From Armatimonadota bacterium (lineage in GTDB: Bacteria; Armatimonadota; HRBIN16): a DNA stretch of 64,000 nucleotides. The notes under the pieces were generated by a model. It was not told the origin of the DNA and made no database searches. It saw only the letters and a program-made list of their open reading frames with translations. Positions 19,148 to 27,596 of the stretch are shown here, piece after piece. Both the position numbers and the translations under genes were made by a program. How positions within the stretch are numbered: the first letter of the stretch is position 1; each line of letters begins with the position of its first letter. The stretch is from contig OY781964.1 of NCBI GenBank assembly GCA_963677485.1, positions 1,376,001 through 1,440,000 of the forward strand. Reading direction: 5' to 3'.

Positions 19148-20104
19148 TTACTTTTTACCGGGCGTGGCCATGGGGCCACCACCAGGAATTGAGGGACCAG
19201 CACCGCCGCCAGAGCTGCCAGGCGACCTTGGCATCATGGTAGTTCCTGGTGCACCAAAGTTGCCGGTACCTGAGCTTGTAGGACTACCCATTATGCCCAT
19301 ACCGCCACCAGCGCCACCCAAGCTAGGAGCTCCGCCGGTTGCTCTGCCACCACCTGCGGGCCCAAACCCTGCCGGAGCAGGCGGGATGCTGGATTTTAAG
19401 GTGACGGTGACTGGGAATACATAGCCCGAACGGCCGCTGCCAGTTTGTGAAGAAGCTATTGCTCCCGAAGTGGAAGGTGCAGTGCTACCTGGGGACATGG
19501 GCATCATCGGACTGGAGAGCCCGCCGCCGGATGGAGACATCGGCATCATTGGGCTCAATGCGCCCATTGAACTGCCGGTAGCTGGTGCGGCTGCACCACC
19601 ACCCGCTCCATTCGCGGTTGTTGCCGCATACCCACCAAGGGAGATGCCAGCCGGTGCGATCGCAGGACACTTCTGCATAGATTGCAGATAGTAGGCCACG
19701 TCATCCAGCTTACGGGTATACACGTTCATATTTGCGGTGGCGTTACGAGCTACCATGCTGTCGTATCGGTAGCTGCTGGGTGTCCAGTCTGCTAATGTTT
19801 TATACAGTTTGACATAAACCAGGTTGTGGCAGTAGATGTCACGAACATTTTGGACCTTGGTCTTCAACTCAGCGAAACTCTGTTCTACCGTGGTGACCTG
19901 AGCTTCGATACGGTCTACAGCTTCGGCGGCCAGTTTTTGTGTGTTACATTCATCAGTTCGGGCCAACTTTTCGGCTGTGGTAGCGCTGCTCCAGAAGAAC
20001 ATGCCCACAGCCATAGCGGCAAGAACCACGACACTGCCTGCAAGAAGTGCCTTTTTGCGTGCCGGTTCAAAAATACTATCCGGCAAAAGGTTAATTTTTA
20101 TCAT
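19148..20104 (-). CDS. pilN: PilN-like protein
   Basis: MIKINLLP (the PilM-binding motif) followed by a TM helix. Confidence 0.85.
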   Translation of the reverse strand: MIKINLLPDSIFEPARKKALLAGSVVVLAAMAVGMFFWSSATTAEKLARTDECNTQKLAAEAVDRIEAQVTTVEQSFAELKTKVQNVRDIYCHNLVYVKLYKTLADWTPSSYRYDSMVARNATANMNVYTRKLDDVAYYLQSMQKCPAIAPAGISLGGYAATTANGAGGGAAAPATGSSMGALSPMMPMSPSGGGLSSPMMPMSPGSTAPSTSGAIASSQTGSGRSGYVFPVTVTLKSSIPPAPAGFGPAGGGRATGGAPSLGGAGGGMGIMGSPTSSGTGNFGAPGTTMMPRSPGSSGGGAGPSIPGGGPMATPGKK

Positions 20105-20125
20105 TGTGTGCTTTCGGCCTCCCCG

Positions 20126-21583
20126 CTACGCTACCCAGTCCCGCATTGCCAGGCACACTGCCACAGAAAGCAAAGGCGAAACCTCGTTCAAATAATCACC
20201 ATACTTCGCCACCAGGCCTGCGTCAGACAGGAAGGGGTTGGCGACTGTTGTGGGCAGACTTAAGCTTTGGGCTAGAGCCTGATCCAGGTTCTTCAACATG
20301 GCACCGCCTCCGCAGAGAACCAGCTTGCTTATGTGCGGCTCGTTATCGCGGGCGTTGAACATATCCAGAGCCCGTTTCACTTCAAAAATCAGTGAATCCA
20401 GGGTATCTGCCATGGCGTTGAACACTTCTCGCTGTAGTTCATCGCGAACATCGGTTTGAGTGGCCGGGACGGCGGATTCTACCGCCGGTGCCTCTCCTAA
20501 ACCGCTGCTCGTGTCGGCTCCGAAATCCATTGGAGCATCTTCTAATGTATCCGAAGATGCGGTCTCAGCACCATACGTCGGCTCCACCGGAACTGTGGGC
20601 ATACCTTCTGCGAAGGGGTTTTCGCCGCCGAAGTCCAGCCCGCTGTTAAAATCAAGACTGTCATCAAAGGCTGGTTCTGCAGTGGAATCACCAAAGCTGC
20701 TCAAGTCCATGCCTTCGGCACCGGCTGCGAAGCTGAAGTCCATCATACCTGCGCCCATGCCGCTGTCAGTTCGTGTATCGTTCAACAGCTCCATCACGAT
20801 CTCGCCCTTGGTGCGTTTCAGCTCTTCAGCACTGGCTTTCCGCTCTTCGGGTTCTGTTCCGCTTAAGCGTCCAGGCAGTCTGTCTAACAAAGCCTGTGTA
20901 AACTGGCCGCCACCGATAGGTATCTGCCATGCCATGCGTATGGTGCCTTTGGCATCATATACACCCATTTCACTCTGCATGGTGCCGATGTTCAGCACCG
21001 CGATGCTGGTGTTTTCAGCCGATAGCGTGGGGTCTAGGGGTACCAGACGAGCCATGGCCATCACTTCGGGTTCCATAGCCTCAGGTTGAAGTCCACTCTT
21101 CTGCACCGTCACACCAATGGCTTCTGCAGCTTCCAACGGAACAGCCGCCAGAAGAACCTCCAGCGTATCATCGGTCGCAGCCAGACTGTCGGGCACCACT
21201 ATGTAATCAGTGGTCACATCTGTGCTGCTGGCAAATGGGATATGCCTGGTGATTTCGTGCTTGATGGACTTATTGAGTTCAGCAGGGGTCTGCTTCGGCA
21301 TTTGTACGAACCGAACTGTCACTCCACTCTGTCCAGGTAGTGAAGCTACACATTTTTTGGCCACGATGCCGTTACGCTTTAGCATATCTTTCACAAATCG
21401 GCCAAGCGCGGCGGTATCGGGGATAGTTCCTGTTTCGTCAACTAAACCGGCGGGTACAGGTTCTACACAGACAGCGCTGATGATGTGCCCTTGTTTAGTG
21501 GGACGCACCTCAACGGCCTTAATAGACGATGTACCTATGTTCAGACCAACGATGGGGTCAGACGGCTGTTTTACAGATGACAT
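20126..21583 (-). CDS. pilM: Type IV pilus assembly protein PilM (actin-like fold)
   Basis: VGLNIGTSSIKAVE, HIPF, VLLAA, IPIGG, LCGGGA.LKNL, VANPF. Confidence 0.88.
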   Translation of the reverse strand: MSSVKQPSDPIVGLNIGTSSIKAVEVRPTKQGHIISAVCVEPVPAGLVDETGTIPDTAALGRFVKDMLKRNGIVAKKCVASLPGQSGVTVRFVQMPKQTPAELNKSIKHEITRHIPFASSTDVTTDYIVVPDSLAATDDTLEVLLAAVPLEAAEAIGVTVQKSGLQPEAMEPEVMAMARLVPLDPTLSAENTSIAVLNIGTMQSEMGVYDAKGTIRMAWQIPIGGGQFTQALLDRLPGRLSGTEPEERKASAEELKRTKGEIVMELLNDTRTDSGMGAGMMDFSFAAGAEGMDLSSFGDSTAEPAFDDSLDFNSGLDFGGENPFAEGMPTVPVEPTYGAETASSDTLEDAPMDFGADTSSGLGEAPAVESAVPATQTDVRDELQREVFNAMADTLDSLIFEVKRALDMFNARDNEPHISKLVLCGGGAMLKNLDQALAQSLSLPTTVANPFLSDAGLVAKYGDYLNEVSPLLSVAVCLAMRDWVA

Positions 21584-21614
21584 GAGCCGGGTGTTCCTCC
21601 GAGTTTACCACCGC

Positions 21615-21644
21615 ATTGTAACAGTCTAAAACTTCCACTGTCAA
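21615..21644 (-). promoter_or_regulatory. Sigma70 promoter of the pil operon
   Basis: Minus strand TTGACA, 18 bp spacer, TACAAT with extended TG, about 30 bp upstream of the pilM ATG. Confidence 0.7.
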
Positions 21645-21753
21645 CAACTGCAGATTATGCACGCGGTTATTACGGTGTTACGTAAACTATTGTTCACGGG
21701 TTGTTGTGCAGATTCCTGCTTATTTTTACTCGATTCCGAAAATCGCATATTAC

Positions 21754-22578
21754 CTAGATATCGACAACCAAACCGTCATAGGCTACTGTGATGCCTAGCG
21801 GCTTACAGAAAGCTTCCATCTCGCTATGTAAAGCCCGTCCGAGGTCAGAACTGCCGTTGTGCGAGAAGTGCGTGATGCACCACTGTGTACTACGGTCTGC
21901 AGCCCCGATTCGTTCAAACTCCACTTTCAGCTTCTCAAGGTCGTATAAACCGATGTGGTATTTCCAACCCTCTTTATCGAAGCCCATAGTGCATTCTAGC
22001 ACGATAAGGTCTAACTTGGCATTTGCCAGTGCTTGCCAGGTCGGTTGTTCGTACCAACCGGTGTCACATCCGTATAACATTCGCTTCTGACCGTCATTAA
22101 CCAGGTAGTTGAAGCTATGCGAATCACCCGTATGGGTGGCACGCAGCGGCGTCACTCTATAGCGGTCGATGGCGACGGTATCAAACACATCCAAACGATG
22201 CAAATGTATGGCCGTCTGAACTTCAGCAGACATGGCCTCAACCATCGCACAGGATTCGCGATTACCATAGATATTCAACGTCGACCGATCCCATGCAAAC
22301 CCTTGAGCTATATACTCCAGCTCGGTTGTGGCAAAGTGGTCGCCGTGGGTATGCGTAATCAACAGATGCTGAAGCGTTGAGTAGTCCAAACCGTAAGTTT
22401 GCATGTGATGCAGGCTATCCGGTGGAAAATCAATCTTCAACCGTCCATCGATATCTATCGACGAACGGGTGCGGATATCTCTCCCGCCATTCTGGCGAGC
22501 CTGTTGGCATACGTCACATCCGCAGAACAGACCTGGTAGCCCCTCTGCGGCGGCAGTTCCTAGAAAACGAACCTGTAT
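21754..22578 (-). CDS. MBL-fold metallo-hydrolase (PhnP-like); probable ATA start
   Basis: FLGTAAAEG...FCGCDVC...RTRSS lies upstream of the ORF-track start; THTHGDH, DTG and THFSH motifs; AGGAGG 6 nt before ATA. Confidence 0.85.
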   Translation of the reverse strand: MQVRFLGTAAAEGLPGLFCGCDVCQQARQNGGRDIRTRSSIDIDGRLKIDFPPDSLHHMQTYGLDYSTLQHLLITHTHGDHFATTELEYIAQGFAWDRSTLNIYGNRESCAMVEAMSAEVQTAIHLHRLDVFDTVAIDRYRVTPLRATHTGDSHSFNYLVNDGQKRMLYGCDTGWYEQPTWQALANAKLDLIVLECTMGFDKEGWKYHIGLYDLEKLKVEFERIGAADRSTQWCITHFSHNGSSDLGRALHSEMEAFCKPLGITVAYDGLVVDI

Positions 22579-22662
22579 GGTAAGCCTCCTTCAAGACCAG
22601 ATACACACGGTCTCTCCCGAATGCATTTTACACGCAGTTTACCAGAAAATAGCAACATGTGC

Positions 22663-23742
22663 TCAAAATCCAAAATCTGTGCGTGTTTTCATACGCTGCA
22701 TGATGTACTCATAGAACTGCTCGGAAGGGATTCCATCATGCGCAAGCCGGATAGGAGCCGCCGATCGGCCCATGATATACAGCAAATGGCTCTCCAACGC
22801 ACACTGATCACAATGCCTGTCCAACTGAAGCAGATACCGCAGGCTGCTATCTGGCACCTGCGAGTGCTGCTCCATTGGTACCGAACTCAAGAAGGTCAGT
22901 TTGTAAACATCTTCCATCGTCATACCCAACTCAGGCCACTGCTGCTCTATCCGGCGGGCGATGATCCCATCCCAGTCACCGTAAGAGGGTATGAATTTCT
23001 CCAGCGTATCAATGGCATCCGCCAGGAATACTCCAATGGCGACGCTCAGGTTCCACTGAAGCCCAGCCGTCACTATGGCGGCGTCATCGCTGGCCCCCGG
23101 CCCCACTCGGTGCCGCACATACAGGTAATCCACATCCGGTTCGCCAAATCGGTCTGCATCGACAATCAGCCCACAGTCGCGAAAGCGAGCGATATCTTGT
23201 TGGTGCGCCTGTTTGGCCAGTTGATACCCGTCAAGCCCCATTTCACGCATCACACGCATATTAACCATGTATCCGCGTCCACCGCCAATGATCCAGCCGG
23301 TGCGCCGTTCCACTTCAGCCCGCACATCGGGGTCATCTCTTAGCCCCCCCATATACAGTCCCCTCAAAACATCACCAGGTTCCACGGGAATGTATCTCAG
23401 TGTGCCGATGGTCAGTAAAGGGGTTCCGTCTGGCAGCACGATATCCGCTGGTCTGCCGGCGATGGCATCGTCCACAAAGTCGCTGATCTGCGTGATCAGG
23501 TCCATACGGGCCTGTCGCAGTTGCACCGGATTTCGGTGCAGAGAACGGGCGATATGATCGATAGTGGTGTTGGGGTATTTACGGCCTTTGAATGCGCCGT
23601 GCCCTTCGTGAGCGTGGCCTTCGATGCTTTGTATCAACAGCATCTCTTCGACATCCCAGTTGCATCGCAAGGTCTCCTGAGCATCCATCTGGGCAAAATC
23701 GCGTCGGATGATATCTTCTGGTGCTACCAGTGGGTCAACCAT
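22663..23742 (-). CDS. Conserved hypothetical protein
   Basis: 359-aa ORF with GAAGGA upstream and globular composition; family not recognised. Confidence 0.7.
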   Translation of the reverse strand: MVDPLVAPEDIIRRDFAQMDAQETLRCNWDVEEMLLIQSIEGHAHEGHGAFKGRKYPNTTIDHIARSLHRNPVQLRQARMDLITQISDFVDDAIAGRPADIVLPDGTPLLTIGTLRYIPVEPGDVLRGLYMGGLRDDPDVRAEVERRTGWIIGGGRGYMVNMRVMREMGLDGYQLAKQAHQQDIARFRDCGLIVDADRFGEPDVDYLYVRHRVGPGASDDAAIVTAGLQWNLSVAIGVFLADAIDTLEKFIPSYGDWDGIIARRIEQQWPELGMTMEDVYKLTFLSSVPMEQHSQVPDSSLRYLLQLDRHCDQCALESHLLYIMGRSAAPIRLAHDGIPSEQFYEYIMQRMKTRTDFGF

Positions 23743-23889
23743 ATTTGATTCCTTCCGCCTGTTTGAGGGGCTGTTACACGTACATAATCATGATCTGCTG
23801 TAAATATACCCGGTGATGCTAAGAAATGTTATCTCTTGTAGTATATTTATTACATAAGAATAGCACTGGTAAGCATTGCGGAGGCATAT

Positions 23890-25296
23890 ATGAGCGCAAA
23901 ACAGATCAAATTCGGCACGGACGGCTGGAGAGGGGTCATCGACGATGATTTCAACGATGAGAATGTACAAATCGTCTCTCTCGCCCTGGCCGATTTCGTA
24001 AGGGGCCTTGATGGACCAAAAGGGCCTGTGATTGTGGGATATGACTGTCGTTTGAAAAGCGACCACTACGCATCGCTGGCTGCAGAAACACTACTCCGGG
24101 CCGGCATCCCCGTGATGCTTAGCGACTCCCCCTGCTCATCACCTACGGTCAGCCTGGCGGTGGTGGCCAACGATAGTCCTGGCGGGGTGATGATCACCGC
24201 CAGTCATAACCCCCCACAGTTCAACGGTTATAAATTCAAAGCCAGCTTTGGCGGATCTGCAGGTCCAGAAATCACCGCGAGCATAGAGGAGCTGCTGCCC
24301 ACAGCCGAAGCCAAGTTGAAGCATCTGCCAACCCGCAGCCGCCCGATACCGATGGTGGACATCGTGGAACCTTATCTGACAGCCATTACAAAGCTGGTGG
24401 ATATCGGAGCGGTGCTGGGTTTGCCGGGCACCGTGGTGACGGATGTGATGCATGGCTCTGGGGCAGGCTATTTCCACAAGCTCTTCATTGGAAGCCACTT
24501 CAACCACGTAGCCATCAGGGAAGAGCACGATACCAACTTCGGAGGCATCAACCCGGAGCCGCTGGAGCGCAATATGGCCGCCTGCATTGAGGCTGTCAGG
24601 AAATCCTCAGCCATTCTAGGCGTCGCAGTAGATGGCGATGCCGACCGGATCGGTGCGGTAGATGAGACAGGCCGGTTTATCGACAGCCACACCATCTTCG
24701 CGCTTCTGCTGATCCACCTGGTGGAACGCCGTAAGCAAACCGGTCGGGTGATCAAGACGGTCAGCACCAGCCGCTGGATAGATACGCTGTGCGAGCAGTT
24801 CAAGCTGCCGCTCACCGTTACCCCTATTGGATTCAAATATATCTGCGACAACATGCTTCAGGGCGATGTGTTGATCGGCGGCGAAGAAAGCGGCGGCATC
24901 GGAGTGGCGGGACACATTCCCGAGCGTGATGGCATCTTGATGAGCCTTCTGTTGATGGAGGCGATGGCCTACAGCAAAATGAGCCTGAGCGACATGGTGA
25001 TGGATCTTTACAAGCGAGCAGGTGAGAAGCACTACCACCGCGTCGACCTGCACCTGGAGGCCGCCCATATGCACGCCGCAAGAGAAAAGTTGAAGACGAC
25101 GCAAACACACAGGCTAGCCGGTGAAGAGATCGCGCATATCGGCCATATGGATGGCACCAAGTTCGACATGGCTTCCGGTAGCTGGCTCCTTCTGCGGGCC
25201 AGCGGCACGGAGCCCGTGGTGCGCATCTACGCCGAAGCACCCAGCATGGAACGGGTGATGGAGCTTCTGGCGGCTGGCGAAGCGCTCTGCGCTTGA
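23890..25296 (+). CDS. Phosphoglucomutase/phosphomannomutase family protein
   Basis: FGTDGWRG, TASHNP, DGDADR, GEESGG, RASGTEP. Confidence 0.95.
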   Translation: MSAKQIKFGTDGWRGVIDDDFNDENVQIVSLALADFVRGLDGPKGPVIVGYDCRLKSDHYASLAAETLLRAGIPVMLSDSPCSSPTVSLAVVANDSPGGVMITASHNPPQFNGYKFKASFGGSAGPEITASIEELLPTAEAKLKHLPTRSRPIPMVDIVEPYLTAITKLVDIGAVLGLPGTVVTDVMHGSGAGYFHKLFIGSHFNHVAIREEHDTNFGGINPEPLERNMAACIEAVRKSSAILGVAVDGDADRIGAVDETGRFIDSHTIFALLLIHLVERRKQTGRVIKTVSTSRWIDTLCEQFKLPLTVTPIGFKYICDNMLQGDVLIGGEESGGIGVAGHIPERDGILMSLLLMEAMAYSKMSLSDMVMDLYKRAGEKHYHRVDLHLEAAHMHAAREKLKTTQTHRLAGEEIAHIGHMDGTKFDMASGSWLLLRASGTEPVVRIYAEAPSMERVMELLAAGEALCA

Positions 25297-25301
25297 GCGG
25301 T

Positions 25302-25400
25302 ATAGGACTGGTAGGACGAGTAGGACGAGTAGGACGAGTAGGACAGCGGAAAACCTCCCGCTCCTATTCTCCTTCTCTCCTCATCTCCTGCCTCCTCCCC
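25302..25400. repeat. 9-bp tandem repeat (GTAGGACGA)n followed by a CTCCT-rich tract of about 7-bp period
   Basis: gtaggacgagtaggacgagtaggacgagtaggac; the same pairing recurs at 58160-58240 and a CTCCT tract at 55940-55985. Confidence 0.8.
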
Positions 25401-26390
25401 TCACATGCTCATGTTGGATTCAATACGCAGCTTTAACTGAATGGCCAGCTGCGACTCCGGGTCTAGCTTCAGCGCACGTTCAATCATGCTCATCGCCTCA
25501 ACATGCTGACCGCCATCGGTGAGGCACATGGCTAAAGCGGTCATCACCGCGGGCTGTTCGCAGCCCAGTTCCACCGCGCGAGCCAGAGGGTTGATGGCAT
25601 TTTCGGGCAGACCCAGCATCAATAGTGCTTTGCCCATCTCCGCCCAGCCCAGCTCATGTTCTGGGTCGATCTCCACCAAACGCTCCAAGATAGTCACGGC
25701 CTCGGCGTATTGTTTCATGCGGCAAAGGCAATACCCCAGCGGGTAGAGTACTCGGTGGTTCTCAGGCTGAAGATCACTCACCTTCATCAAATACTCCACC
25801 GCCAGCTCATAGCGGCCCACCGCACCTAAAGTCACACCAAGCCGTTCATGCCCCTCCACTACGTCAGGCTGCATCACAGTGCATCGCTCGAAGGCAACTA
25901 AAGCACCTTCAAAATCGCCCAGGGCACTGCAGGCCTCACCCAGCGCGTAAAAGATGGCGGCATCCTGGTCATTCAACTCCACCGCTTTACGCAGGGCTTC
26001 ACGGGCTTCCGTAAAATGCATACATTGAAGCTGCGTCACGCCCAGGCTCTGCCAACCAGAAGGCTGCTCTGGTGCCAGCGTCGTCACTATCTTGAGCTCC
26101 TCGATCGCCTGCTCGGGATGGCCGATCTGCTGGAACAGCTCTGCCATGGCCGCGTGCGGCAACGGTGCGTCGGGCTGCAGTTTGATCGCCTCTAAAATAT
26201 GCTTTGAAGCGGACTGGTAGTGCTTTAACTCCAGAAATCGGTAGCCAGCGTCAAAATGTATTTCAAAATGGCCTGGGTGTTCATCTGCCAGCTTTTCAAG
26301 AAGGTTCACTGCCTCTTCAAGCTGACCATCTGCGGTTAGCTGCTGGATTTTATTTGCGGCTTCAGTAAGGGGGTCACTACTCATTGTCAT
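25401..26390 (-). CDS. Tetratricopeptide repeat protein
   Basis: Several 34-aa units of the pattern LG......G....A......L.P. Confidence 0.88.
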   Translation of the reverse strand: MTMSSDPLTEAANKIQQLTADGQLEEAVNLLEKLADEHPGHFEIHFDAGYRFLELKHYQSASKHILEAIKLQPDAPLPHAAMAELFQQIGHPEQAIEELKIVTTLAPEQPSGWQSLGVTQLQCMHFTEAREALRKAVELNDQDAAIFYALGEACSALGDFEGALVAFERCTVMQPDVVEGHERLGVTLGAVGRYELAVEYLMKVSDLQPENHRVLYPLGYCLCRMKQYAEAVTILERLVEIDPEHELGWAEMGKALLMLGLPENAINPLARAVELGCEQPAVMTALAMCLTDGGQHVEAMSMIERALKLDPESQLAIQLKLRIESNMSM

Positions 26391-26493
26391 ATGCCTCGGG
26401 GTTATGTGTTGCATATACATGATAGCCTGAACCGCCGGGTCACGGCACACCTGGCGGTTCTATTGGTCTTTGAGGGCATCGCACCGCGCCTAT

Positions 26494-27402
26494 TTACCCC
26501 GGCAGCGACCAGCGGTTTTCGGGCTGCCAGTCATCGTTCCAGATCGCCGTGATCAGCCGCTTGCTCTCCAGACAGTGCTCAATCACCTGGGCGATATCTT
26601 GACCTTGGATCTCACACACGATAGGCCCCGAGTATCCGATCTCTTTCAATCGGCGGTAGGTGGCATAGTAGTCGATGGTGTTGTTGAGGTGCGGCGGCTG
26701 GTGCTCCATATACTGGCCCCAGTATTGGTTCACCCCATTTTGGTGAATCTCCACGATACGGTCGCCAAGATGGTCAATGTAAGTCTGGAATCCTGCGTCG
26801 CTGCCGGCGGCCATATAGGCGTGGCCGATGTCCAGATGCATCCCCCATCCAGGTACCGCCTGGCAGACCTGACGCAGCGCGTCCAGACCGCCCGCTTCAA
26901 AACCCACAGGCATTCCGGCTGCCTGCGCTCTTTCGATGGCATGGGCCGCATATTCCACGTTGTATTTCATCACCTCGCTGCCTTGGCGGATGTAGCCGAA
27001 TGTGGGGTTTCCAAGATGGAAAGTGGCAGCAGCAGCCCCGATTTCGATGGCATAGTCCAGGCAGGCGTCGAAATAATCGCTTGTGATTCGGCGAAGATGC
27101 CGGTTTGCACTCGACAGGTTCCAATCCAAATGCGGCGCATGGATGGTCACCCAGTCGAACTGTTCTAGCGTGCGCCGTAACTCCTGACGCGTGGTCAAGG
27201 TGGCATCCCACAAGTCGATCCCCACATTCGCGTAGTTCTGGGGATATCCCAACTGAGCCTGGTCGTCTGAAGGCACTATTTCAAACCCGGCAAAGCCTGC
27301 ATCGGCCACCATGCGGGCCGCCTGCAGGATATCCTCACCGTGTGTAGATGGCAAGAAGTGAGTGGAAATCCCGATGCGGCGGTCAATATTACTGGATATC
27401 AT
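26494..27402 (-). CDS. Sugar phosphate isomerase/epimerase (AP endonuclease 2-type TIM barrel)
   Basis: IHAP, GFE, LDIGHA, EIH and VCEI metal-site pattern. Confidence 0.8.
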   Translation of the reverse strand: MISSNIDRRIGISTHFLPSTHGEDILQAARMVADAGFAGFEIVPSDDQAQLGYPQNYANVGIDLWDATLTTRQELRRTLEQFDWVTIHAPHLDWNLSSANRHLRRITSDYFDACLDYAIEIGAAAATFHLGNPTFGYIRQGSEVMKYNVEYAAHAIERAQAAGMPVGFEAGGLDALRQVCQAVPGWGMHLDIGHAYMAAGSDAGFQTYIDHLGDRIVEIHQNGVNQYWGQYMEHQPPHLNNTIDYYATYRRLKEIGYSGPIVCEIQGQDIAQVIEHCLESKRLITAIWNDDWQPENRWSLPG

Positions 27403-27596
27403 GCATTTCTCCTGTACGTGTCACGCGATTTATGCGGTTTTTCGATGATGATTTCGACATCGGAAAACATCTGGTTTCACGCGCCTCTATCGGTTGAATA
27501 CAGCAATCAACATAGAATATCCTGCCATATCACCAGCACATTGTTAATATTGGGGTTTTGTGATTATATATTGCGTATTCTAAGGTAAAATGAGCT

